Origin: Deltaproteobacteria bacterium
GTDB lineage: Bacteria > Myxococcota > Kuafuiibacteriia > Kuafuiibacteriales > Kuafuiibacteriaceae
Direction of reading: 5' to 3'
Assembly: GCA_040218735.1 (NCBI GenBank)
Contig: JAVJQW010000063.1
Span: 1 to 64,000 of the forward strand
DNA: 64,000 nt
Below the pieces are notes generated by a model. It had not been told where the DNA came from, ran no database searches, and was given only the letters and a program-made list of their open reading frames with translations. Shown here in pieces: positions 39,844 to 48,746 of the stretch. Made by a program: the position numbers and the translations under genes. The stretch's first letter is position 1. Each line of letters begins with the position of its first letter.

Positions 39844-42800
39844 ATGAGCGGATCCGTTCTCATCATCGACGGAGATCAGGCCTTCGCCGAAAGCGCGCAG
39901 AACGCGCTGGAAGCCGCCGGACTCACCGTCTGGGTTCGCCAGGACGGCACCTTCGATACCGTCCGCGAGCTGCGTCCCCACGTGCTGCTGCTCAACGTCG
40001 AGCTGCCGCGGGGGTCGGGCTTCGCCATCTGTTCGCGGATCCGCCGCGACAAAGCGCTCCAGAAGATGCCGATCTTCCTCACGAGCGCGGAGGCGACGGC
40101 GGAGGCTCTGACGCGCCACGCCGCCACGGCGGACTCGGCGAACGAGTACGCGAAGAAGCCGATCCCGATCGACGACGTCGTGGACCGGGTCGGTCGCCTC
40201 ATCGCGACGCGCCCCGCCGAAGAGGCGCCGACGAACGGCGCGGTGCCGCCGCCCATACCTCCTCCGCTCAAGAAGACGCGCGACGTCGAGGAGACGCCGC
40301 CGCCGCTGATGACGTCGCCGGAGCTGACGCCGATACCCACGAAGGGGCTCGGCTCGGACGAGCTGTGGCCGTCCGCGACCTACGACGAGCAGATGCGGAG
40401 CGCGCTCGCGCAGGGGGAGGAGTCGCTCCCGAAGGGGCGGGTGTCGCCCGAGGAGCGGTTGCAGGCGCTGCGCGCGCTGGTGAAGCAGCACGAGACGCAG
40501 CGGCGCGGCTTCGTCGAGACGTGGCAGCAGGCGAACGAGCGCGGGCAGGAGCTCGCGCGTCGGATCGTCGGGCTGACGAGTGAGCTCGAGAACCGCACCG
40601 CGCGCATCGAGGAGCTCGACGCGCAGCTCGCCGAGACGCAGGAGCGCCTCGACACGGTCGGCTCGGAGTTTCAGACCTTCCAGGACGAGATCACACGCAT
40701 CTTCCGGGAGAAGGACGCCGAGGAGTCCAACCGGGCGTCCTATCTCAAGGAGCTCGAAGAGACGAAGGCCGCGCAGGAGGCTCAGCTTCAGCAGGCGTTC
40801 GAGCGGCAGACGGACGACGAGCGTCGGCTGGAGATCATCCAGGAGGACCTCGACCTCCTGCAGAACGAGAAGGACAGCGCCGTCGCGACGCTCGCGGAGG
40901 TCGAGGAGGCGCTGGCGATCGCGCGGGCGGACATCGAGGAGCGCGACAAGCGCCTGGAGATGACGAACGCGATCGCGACGGAGCGCGCGGAGGAGGTCTC
41001 CGAGCTCCGCGATCGGATCGACGAGCTGGCGTTCGAGCACACACGCGAGCGCTCGAAGCTCGAGGACGCGCACGAAGAGAAGATCGAGGCGCTGCTCTCG
41101 GAGCACGTCTCGACGATGGAGCGCGGTCGCGCCGAGCAGGAGGCGTCGCTCGCCGACGCCGAGTCGCGCTACGAGCAGATGCAGGCGCAGCTCGAAGCGG
41201 CGAAGGAGGACGCGGTCGCGCAGCTCGAAGCCGACCACGCCGCCGCGACGCACGCCGCGGCCGAGCGGCACGCCGCCGAGATCGAAGCGCTCGAGGCGTC
41301 GCACGAGGATGCGTTGGGGGTCGCGGCGAACGCGCGGCTGGAGCTGGAGGGTGAGAACGCCGAGCTCCGAACCCGGACCGAGGAGCTCGAGACGGCGTAC
41401 GCGCGCGAAGCCGAGGAGCACCGCCAGACCAAGGCGCAGCTCGAAGCCGAGCTGGAGGCCGAGCGCGAAGAGGTCGAGCAGCTCCAGGCGAGCCTCGACC
41501 GGGCGACGAAGAACGAGATGGAGCTCGAGCACCGCCGGGCGACGCTCGAAACGAAGCTCGCCGAGGTCTCTCGTGCGCGCGACGAGGCGGAGGTTTCCCT
41601 CGCGGCGACGCAGGCAGAGCTGGAGCAATCCACGGAGGAGGGGGCGGCGACGTCCGAGCGCCTCCATTTGGTGGAGGCCGAGCTCGACACCGCGCAGGCG
41701 GATCTCTTCGAGCGGAGCTCTCGTGTCTCGCACCTCGAAAAGCAGCTCTCGGCTCTGCAGGCGCGCGCGACCGAGCTCGATACGGCGCTGCGGGTCAGCG
41801 AGAAGGCGCTGAAGACGGCCGAGAACCAGGGGCGCGCCGCGGCGACGAAGGCGGCGGAAGCCGAGGCCGAGCGCGATGCGCTCGAGCAACAGGTCGAGCT
41901 GCTCGAGGAGCAGCACACCCGCCTCGAGGACAAGGTTCGTGACACGGAGACGATGCTCGAGCACGAGCGCGCTCGGCTCACGAAGGCCGAGGATGGGCTG
42001 CGGAAGGCGCGCGATCACGTCGCCGCGCACGAGGAGATGGCGGACCGCCTGAAGGCGGAGCTGCACGAGGAGCGCGAGGCGCAGAGTGAGCTGGAGGCGT
42101 CGGTCGCGGCGCTGCAGGGCGACCGGTCCTCGCTGTCGGCGGAGGTCGAGGAGCTCGCGAGCAAGAGCACGGACCTCGCGCAGATCGTCGAGCGCATCGA
42201 CCGGGAGAAGGCCGACCTGGAGGCGCAGCTCGACGCCGAACGGTCCGCGTCCGACGCGCAGGTCGCGCAGCTCCAGCAGCAGGTCGAGGCGGCCACGGCG
42301 CGGTTCGAGCAGACCGAGATGGCGCGGCGCGAAGTCGCGCGGGCGGCGGACGAGGCCGAGAAGCAGCTCGCGAAGGAGCGTGCGGCGCGCGAGAAGTTGC
42401 AGCGCGCGCTCGAAGAGGAGCGCGGGGCGCGACACGATCTCGTGGAGACGTTGGACTCTTCGCGGTCCACGCAGTCGGAGCTGGAGATCATCGTCGAGAC
42501 CGAGACGAAGTCGCGCGAGGAAGCCGAGCAGGCGCTCGCGGCGATGTCGCAGCAGCGCGAGGCGCTGGAGGAGGCGCTGTCGCGCAAGGAGGCGGAGCTG
42601 TCCGAGGCGTACGCGGGGCAGACGGATGCGCAGCGTCGGTTCGAGTCTTCGGTGCAGGATCGTCAGGACATGCTCTCGGAGCTCACGTCGAACCTCGAGC
42701 GCGAGCGCAAGCGTGCGGAGACGCTCGACCTGACGGTCACGAGTCTGAACGAGGAGCTGGAGATCCACCGCGCGCAGGCGCAGGGGCTCAGCCAGAGCGC

Positions 42801-43605
42801 GGATCGCGCGGAGCAGGCCAGCTCGGATCTGTCGGCGCAGCTCGAAGCTTCGCGGCGGACGCTCAAGACGCTCGAGAAGAGCGAGCAGTCGTTGATGAAG
42901 CGGGTGTCGGATCAGGAGGACGCCCTCAACGAGTGGCGCTTCGCGACGGAGAGCATGAAGGGGACGCTGTCGGCGCTGCAGCGCGATCTCGAGACGGCGG
43001 AGGCGATGGCCGACGACACCGCCGTCGGCAAGAACTACGGGCAGCTGCTCGAGCGCATCGCGCGCGCGGTATCGATGTGTATGGAGACGCTCGAGGAGAG
43101 CGACGAGTCGATGGAGCCGCCGGTCCTGGACGCGGCGATCCTGCCCCCGTCGAAGCCCGCCGCCGCGATGCCCGAGCTCGATCTCACGGACGACGACGTC
43201 GACATCCCGATCTACACCGGGGAGGTGGAGCCGCTGGATCCGCTCGCGGATCTCGAGGCGGACGGCCTCCACATCGTGCAGCGCACGCCGGTCACGCCGC
43301 TGCCCACGCCGGCTCCGGCGCCCGCGCCGCGCAAACACACGACGCGTCGCCCGGCGCCGGCCACGAAGCAGGGCGGCAGCGCCGCGGAGCCGTTCGCGCA
43401 GTTGATGGCGGAGATCGCGGAGGTCGACGACAGCACGGCGCCGCTGCCGGACAACCCGGGCTTCGGGGTGTCGTTCGACGGCGAGCAGACGTCGACGGAC
43501 ACGCGAGCGGTGACGTCGAAGTCGGCTCAGATTCCGATCGTCGAAGAAGAAGACGAAGACGAGCGGAACGTCACCGAGATCATCAACATCAACGAGCTGG
43601 AGTAG
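39844..43605 (+). CDS. AglZ/FrzS-like pseudo-receiver plus very long coiled-coil protein
   Basis: Receiver with phospho-Asp replaced (LLLNVELPRGSGFAIC), RH..TADSANEYAKKP, about 850 aa of heptad coiled coil. Confidence 0.8.
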   Translation: MSGSVLIIDGDQAFAESAQNALEAAGLTVWVRQDGTFDTVRELRPHVLLLNVELPRGSGFAICSRIRRDKALQKMPIFLTSAEATAEALTRHAATADSANEYAKKPIPIDDVVDRVGRLIATRPAEEAPTNGAVPPPIPPPLKKTRDVEETPPPLMTSPELTPIPTKGLGSDELWPSATYDEQMRSALAQGEESLPKGRVSPEERLQALRALVKQHETQRRGFVETWQQANERGQELARRIVGLTSELENRTARIEELDAQLAETQERLDTVGSEFQTFQDEITRIFREKDAEESNRASYLKELEETKAAQEAQLQQAFERQTDDERRLEIIQEDLDLLQNEKDSAVATLAEVEEALAIARADIEERDKRLEMTNAIATERAEEVSELRDRIDELAFEHTRERSKLEDAHEEKIEALLSEHVSTMERGRAEQEASLADAESRYEQMQAQLEAAKEDAVAQLEADHAAATHAAAERHAAEIEALEASHEDALGVAANARLELEGENAELRTRTEELETAYAREAEEHRQTKAQLEAELEAEREEVEQLQASLDRATKNEMELEHRRATLETKLAEVSRARDEAEVSLAATQAELEQSTEEGAATSERLHLVEAELDTAQADLFERSSRVSHLEKQLSALQARATELDTALRVSEKALKTAENQGRAAATKAAEAEAERDALEQQVELLEEQHTRLEDKVRDTETMLEHERARLTKAEDGLRKARDHVAAHEEMADRLKAELHEEREAQSELEASVAALQGDRSSLSAEVEELASKSTDLAQIVERIDREKADLEAQLDAERSASDAQVAQLQQQVEAATARFEQTEMARREVARAADEAEKQLAKERAAREKLQRALEEERGARHDLVETLDSSRSTQSELEIIVETETKSREEAEQALAAMSQQREALEEALSRKEAELSEAYAGQTDAQRRFESSVQDRQDMLSELTSNLERERKRAETLDLTVTSLNEELEIHRAQAQGLSQSADRAEQASSDLSAQLEASRRTLKTLEKSEQSLMKRVSDQEDALNEWRFATESMKGTLSALQRDLETAEAMADDTAVGKNYGQLLERIARAVSMCMETLEESDESMEPPVLDAAILPPSKPAAAMPELDLTDDDVDIPIYTGEVEPLDPLADLEADGLHIVQRTPVTPLPTPAPAPAPRKHTTRRPAPATKQGGSAAEPFAQLMAEIAEVDDSTAPLPDNPGFGVSFDGEQTSTDTRAVTSKSAQIPIVEEEDEDERNVTEIININELE

Positions 43606-45085
43606 CGCGGGGCCACTCGTCGACGGTGTCGACGGAGGCGCGCCTCGGCCACGCTTCGCGTAGCGACGACAGGCTCACCGACGAGAACCCGACCGCGTAG
43701 AGCGCGAGGAACGGGAGCGCGCCCCACAGCGACCAGTACAGCGCGTAGACGATCGTCGCGCCGAAGTAGAGCGCGAACACCAGCTCGAGGAGCGCGGTCT
43801 TGTGTGCCGTGACGGGTCGGTACCGGACGAGCGCGCGCGTGAGTTGCTCGCGGCCGCGCTTCGGCGTGCGCACGAACTCGCTCTGTTCGGAGGCGAGGCC
43901 GCGGAGCACTTCGCGGGCGTTGGACAGGCTCATCCCGGCGCCGAGGCAGAGCGCGAAGACGACGTCGACGATCCGTCGCAGCGAGAGTCGCCCTTCACAC
44001 GCGCGCGCGGCGGCGAAGTAGAACACCACCATCGCGAACGTCCCGGCGGTGAGCATCGTGAGGTCGAGGATCGACAGGAGCGCTTGGCCGCCGGGCACGC
44101 GCCAGCCGAGGTCGTCGCGGAGCCACACACACGCGGGGAGGAGCGCGGCGAGCACGGCCATGAACAGGTAGGCGAAGTTGTTCGTGAGGTGGATGGCGGC
44201 GTCGAGTCGTACGCCGAGGGGGAGGCGGCTCCTCCACACTTCGCCGAAGAGCAGGCGCGTGGTCTCGATGCTACCGCGAACCCAGCGCGCTTGTTGTGCG
44301 CGGAACGCCGCCCAGCTCTCGGGGAGCTCGGCGGGGGCGGTGACGTCGTGCGCGTAGACGAAGCGCCACCCCTTCAGCTGGGCGCGGTAGGAGAGGTCGA
44401 GGTCTTCGGTGATCGTCGCGGAGCGCCAGCCGCCAGCGTCCTCGATCGCCTGTCGACGCCACACGCCGGCGGTGCCGTTGAAGTTGAAGAAGTGTTTCGT
44501 CTGCGCGCGGGCGCGGTGCTCGACGCCGAAGTGGCCGTCGAGGAAGACGGCCTGGGCGCGGGTGAGGAGCGAGGTGTCGCGGTTGAGGTGGGTCCATCGC
44601 GCCTGCACGAGACCGACGCCGTCGTCGAAGAGCGGGACGGTCTTCTTCAGGAAGTCGGACGCGGGGACGAAGTCGGCGTCGAAGATGGCGACGAGCTCGG
44701 CGTCGGTCTGCGTGAGGCCGTGCGCGAGGGCGCCGGCCTTGTAACCTTCGCGGTCGTCGCGCCGCACGAGCTTGATGTCGACGCCGGTGGCGGCGAGCTC
44801 CGACACCACGCGTTGGAGGGTGGCGGTGGTCTCGTCGGTCGAGTCGTCGAGGACCTGGATCTCGAGCGCGTCGTAGTCGAGCGCAGCGGCGGCGCGCACG
44901 GCGCGTTCGGCGACGAAGGCCTCGTTGTAGATCGGGAGCTGCACGACGACGCGCGGTGAAGCGTGGTCGGCGGGCTTCGGTTCGCTCGCGCGCGAGGCCC
45001 AGAAGGTGAGCAGGAGGCGGTACACGCCGAGCCCCGCCAGAACGGCCAGAGTGGCGAAGTAGCTGGCGAGGAGGACGTGGGTCAT
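43589..45085 (-). CDS. Processive glycosyltransferase family 2 (cellulose synthase-like)
   Basis: VQLPIYNE, LDDSTD, KAGAL, FDADF, TITED, QQARW (QxxRW), multiple TM segments. Confidence 0.93.
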   Translation of the reverse strand: MTHVLLASYFATLAVLAGLGVYRLLLTFWASRASEPKPADHASPRVVVQLPIYNEAFVAERAVRAAAALDYDALEIQVLDDSTDETTATLQRVVSELAATGVDIKLVRRDDREGYKAGALAHGLTQTDAELVAIFDADFVPASDFLKKTVPLFDDGVGLVQARWTHLNRDTSLLTRAQAVFLDGHFGVEHRARAQTKHFFNFNGTAGVWRRQAIEDAGGWRSATITEDLDLSYRAQLKGWRFVYAHDVTAPAELPESWAAFRAQQARWVRGSIETTRLLFGEVWRSRLPLGVRLDAAIHLTNNFAYLFMAVLAALLPACVWLRDDLGWRVPGGQALLSILDLTMLTAGTFAMVVFYFAAARACEGRLSLRRIVDVVFALCLGAGMSLSNAREVLRGLASEQSEFVRTPKRGREQLTRALVRYRPVTAHKTALLELVFALYFGATIVYALYWSLWGALPFLALYAVGFSSVSLSSLREAWPRRASVDTVDEWPRATPAR

Positions 45086-45210
45086 GGGCGGCGCGGTACG
45101 GGTACGGCGTCGGCTCGGCCGTGGTTACTCGGACCGTTGTCGGGTAACACGGGCCGCTCGGCGGCGTCACGCTTGCGAAAACCGTCCCGCGCGCGTTTGA
45201 TTGCCGGCCG

Positions 45211-45669
45211 ATGGCTGAGCTGCGCTGGGCGACCCCCGAGGACATCGAAGCGGTCTCGACGCTTCTGGAGGAGTACCACCGCCAGGAGGGGTTGCGCGGC
45301 CACGCGCGCAACCGGATCCGCGCGGTCCTGGAGGACCTGTTCGAGGTGAAGAACCGCGGTCGTATCGTGATCGCCCAGTCCGGCAAGGACGTGGTGGGGT
45401 ACGCGTTGGTCGTGCGTCGTCCGAGCTTCGAGTACGCCTCCGACATCGCGGTCATCGACGAGATCTTCGTGCGCGGGAAGGCGCGCGAGCGGGGAATCGG
45501 CCGGCGCATGATCGCGTTCGTCGAAGACTACGCGGCCTCGGAGGGCCTCCCGGCGATCACCTTGGAGGTCAACGCGCGCAACGTCGCGGCCCGGGAGTTC
45601 TACCGGGCTGTCGGGTTTACCTTGATCGATCGGGAGATCTACGCTCGCAAGGTCAGCGGCCCTCGGTGA
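45211..45669 (+). CDS. GNAT family N-acetyltransferase
   Basis: IDEIFV..ARERGIG, LEVNARNVAAREFYRAVGF. Confidence 0.92.
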   Translation: MAELRWATPEDIEAVSTLLEEYHRQEGLRGHARNRIRAVLEDLFEVKNRGRIVIAQSGKDVVGYALVVRRPSFEYASDIAVIDEIFVRGKARERGIGRRMIAFVEDYAASEGLPAITLEVNARNVAAREFYRAVGFTLIDREIYARKVSGPR

Positions 45670-45746
45670 CCCCCCGCTGGGTGAATCCTGTGCGACCACG
45701 GTCCTTTGATTGACGCCGTTTCCAGGAGCGTGTTGCATCTAGGACC

Positions 45747-48146
45747 GTGACCGGTTCCCCACCTCACGGTTCGGGCCCAGGGGGCCCGCGTGGACCTGGT
45801 CCATCCCAACTGGATGCGGAGCGCGCACTCTTCGCGGAGCCCGACAGCGTCCCCGAGTACGAGAGCGTGAGTCAGGGCGTGATGCCCTCGCGCGTCGGAG
45901 ACTACGACATCGTCGGACGTTTGGGGGGCGGCAGCATGGCCGACCTCTACATCGCCCACAAGGTGTCGCAGTTCGGCTTCGTGCGTCGCGCGGTCATCAA
46001 GACCGTGAAGCGATCACGCTCGGACTACAAGGAGCTGCAAGCGCTCTTGCTCGACGAGGCGCGCGCAACGGCGTGCTTCGACCACCCGAACCTGATCGCG
46101 CTCTACGACGTGGGGGAGTCGGACTACGGACTGTACCTCGCGTTGGAGTTCGTCGAAGGGTCCGACCTCCGCCGGGTGAACAGCAAGCTCCGCCAGCGCA
46201 AGGAGGCGTTGCCGTTCGAGCTGGCGTGTTACGTGGTGTCCGAAGTCCTGCGCGGCGTGCACCACGCGCACACGGCGACCGGACCGGACGGTCAACCGCT
46301 CGAGATCATCCACCGCGATGTGAACCCGTCGAACGTGCTCGTGGCGTCGAGTGGGCACGTGAAGCTCGCGGACTTCGGCGTGGTGCGAATGCGGGAGCGT
46401 ATTCAGCCCAAGACGGAGCCGGGGTTGGTGAAGGGCAAGTATGCGTACCTCGCGCCGGAGTACATCGCGGGCGAGCCGTGCAGCGTGCAGACCGACATCT
46501 ACGCCGCGGGGATCATGTTGTTCGAGCTGCTCTCGGGGCGTGAGTGTTTCAGTGGGAACACCGCCTACGAGGTGATGTGGAAGATCGTGAACAAGGGCGT
46601 TCCGATGTACCGCCTCATCCGCGAGGGCGTGCCGGAAGACCTTCAGCGCATCGTGCAGCGCGCGACGAGCATGGTCCCGGAGCGTCGGTACAACACGGCG
46701 CAGGACATGGCGAACGCGCTCGAGGCGTGGCTGATGCGGAGCGGTCGTCACGCGACGCCGTGGGTGCTGTCGGTGTTCTTCAACCGTCACGCGTTGTTCC
46801 CGGACCGCACCACCGAGCCGCCGCCTCCGCCGCTGCAACGCAGCTTGCCATCGAAGGTGCCGAAGCCGGTGATGCGCCCCGAGGCTGCGTCCGAGCAGCG
46901 GCAGATTCACGAGCAGATGCAGACGTCGAGCGCGGCGCGGTCGGTGGACGGGTCGCTCACGCCCGCGCCGGATGTCGCGTTTTCGTTCCCCGGCGACTTC
47001 GACGTGCCGATCCTCGCGCCCGATCTCGCCGAAGCGCCGACGGACTCGTCGATCGCACGCCCCGCGGAGCTCGACGAAGTGGCGCGTCCGTCGGTGCAGG
47101 ACCACCGCTCCGGTCCGATGCGGGACGCGGATCGTCACTTCGCGCCGACGCCGCGCCCGCAGGTGTCGACGTCGTCCCCGGGTGAGGAAATCGACGTTCG
47201 CGCGAACGGGATGAACATCCCGGTGGGGCCGACGGTGCCGAACTCGCCGCCGCCCCACATGGGTTCGCACGACGCGCCGCCGCCACGCCTCCCGCCGCGT
47301 TCGGCGTCGACGCCCGGTCAGATCGCCGCGTCCGAGCTCAAGACACCCGCCGCGATTCGCACCGGTCCGGACGTCAGCGATCTCGCGGTGCGGCCGCCGC
47401 CTGGCTCGGGCTCGGCGGGTCGCGAAGACTCACCGCGCAAGCTCGTGTCGCGCATCGACGAGAGCGGGCCTCAGGAGCCGGTGCTCGGGCGGCCCAAGAA
47501 GAAGAAGAAGCCGAAGGCCGAGGTCCCCGAGGGGGTCCTCAAGTCCGGCAAGCTCGAGGACGCACCCGCGGCGATCGTGCTCCGTCGTCTGGTCGACGCG
47601 CGCGCCGAGGGGGTCGTCGAGTTCAGGTGTGGACTGATCTGGAAGCGCGTCTTCATCGCGAACGGCGCGCCGACGGGCATCACTTCGAACATGGGGATGG
47701 AGCTGATCGGCGAGCACCTCGTGAAGGCGCGGCAGATCTCACGCAGCGCGCTCGACCGTGCGCTCGCGGCGTCGGAGCGCTCCGGTCAGCCGCTCACCGT
47801 CACGTTGATCGAGCAGGGCGCGATGGATCGCGGCACGCTCGAGGACGAGCTCGGCAAGAACCTCGCGGCGCGGCTGCAGGAGGTCCTCGAGTGGCGCTGG
47901 GGCACCTTCGAGTACAAGGCGGAGTCGGTCGCGAACACGGACATCCTCCCGCGCCTCGATCTCGACGCGCTGCTGCGAGAGGCGACCGAGAACCGCGTCA
48001 ACGAGAGCGGCGACTTCGACCCGGCGGAGTCCGGCGACGACAACCCCCAGAAGAAGCTCAAAGAAGCGCTTCGGGTCGCGCGGTCCATCTCCAAGAGCGG
48101 CGGCAAGGGCCGGGTCGAGCGGCCCTGGCGCAACAGCAAGCCCTGA
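45747..48146 (+). CDS. Hanks-type Ser/Thr kinase with Pro-rich linker and C-terminal DUF4388/MshEN-like domain
   Basis: LGGGSMA, VIK, HRDVNPSN, DFG, APE; C-terminal LIGEHLVKARQIS...EVLEWRWGTFEY. Confidence 0.92.
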   Translation: MTGSPPHGSGPGGPRGPGPSQLDAERALFAEPDSVPEYESVSQGVMPSRVGDYDIVGRLGGGSMADLYIAHKVSQFGFVRRAVIKTVKRSRSDYKELQALLLDEARATACFDHPNLIALYDVGESDYGLYLALEFVEGSDLRRVNSKLRQRKEALPFELACYVVSEVLRGVHHAHTATGPDGQPLEIIHRDVNPSNVLVASSGHVKLADFGVVRMRERIQPKTEPGLVKGKYAYLAPEYIAGEPCSVQTDIYAAGIMLFELLSGRECFSGNTAYEVMWKIVNKGVPMYRLIREGVPEDLQRIVQRATSMVPERRYNTAQDMANALEAWLMRSGRHATPWVLSVFFNRHALFPDRTTEPPPPPLQRSLPSKVPKPVMRPEAASEQRQIHEQMQTSSAARSVDGSLTPAPDVAFSFPGDFDVPILAPDLAEAPTDSSIARPAELDEVARPSVQDHRSGPMRDADRHFAPTPRPQVSTSSPGEEIDVRANGMNIPVGPTVPNSPPPHMGSHDAPPPRLPPRSASTPGQIAASELKTPAAIRTGPDVSDLAVRPPPGSGSAGREDSPRKLVSRIDESGPQEPVLGRPKKKKKPKAEVPEGVLKSGKLEDAPAAIVLRRLVDARAEGVVEFRCGLIWKRVFIANGAPTGITSNMGMELIGEHLVKARQISRSALDRALAASERSGQPLTVTLIEQGAMDRGTLEDELGKNLAARLQEVLEWRWGTFEYKAESVANTDILPRLDLDALLREATENRVNESGDFDPAESGDDNPQKKLKEALRVARSISKSGGKGRVERPWRNSKP

Positions 48147-48192
48147 CCGTAGAGGCCCCTTTTCGCGTCCAACCTGCTAGGTTCACGGGCCC

Positions 48193-48741
48193 ATGGCCGA
48201 CGACCGCGCATATCGAATCCTCGTTACGTTCGACGCCGAAGCCGAGCGCTTCACCGCACGGGTCCCCGAGCTCGGCGTGTCCGCGAAAGGTGAGACGCGG
48301 AGCGACGCCATCGCGAGCTGCGAGACGGAGATCGAGGCGCGCGTCGCCGAGGCCGCGAGCGCCTCCGAGTCGCTCCCCGCGCCGGCCGACGCGACCGAAC
48401 CGGAGCCGGGCGAGATCACGATGAAGCTCGCCGGCCCGCTGATGAAGGACCTCGCCTATCACGCGGCCCGCAACGAGATGGAGGTCGACGAGTTCGCGCG
48501 GCAGCTTCTGTTCCGAGCGATCGGCGCGCTCCACGGCGAGGCCCCGCCCCGTCGCTCGCGCCCGAAGCGCGAAGCCGACGAAGAGCAGCAGCCCGACAAC
48601 AACGAGCGCGGCCGCGGCCGCGGTCGCGGGCGAGGGCGAGGGCGTGGTCGCAACGAGGGTTACCGGGGCGACATGGACGACCAGGCGAACTTCCTCGCGT
48701 ACGTGCGGGATCAGGAGAAGGGCGGCCGCGGTCGTCGTTAG
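48193..48741 (+). CDS. HicB-like protein (RNase H-like plus RHH) with RG-repeat tail
   Basis: YRILVTFD..RFTARVPELGVSAKGETRSDAI; GEITMKLAGPLMKDLAYHAA RHH-like; (RG)7. Confidence 0.72.
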   Translation: MADDRAYRILVTFDAEAERFTARVPELGVSAKGETRSDAIASCETEIEARVAEAASASESLPAPADATEPEPGEITMKLAGPLMKDLAYHAARNEMEVDEFARQLLFRAIGALHGEAPPRRSRPKREADEEQQPDNNERGRGRGRGRGRGRGRNEGYRGDMDDQANFLAYVRDQEKGGRGRR

Positions 48742-48746
48742 GGTCG

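Noticed and set aside
39781-43338. 1185-aa Leu/Arg-rich minus-strand ORF that resembles an LRR protein
   Set aside because: Reverse complement of the Glu/Ala-rich coiled-coil gene (GAG reads CTC on the other strand); no LRR periodicity
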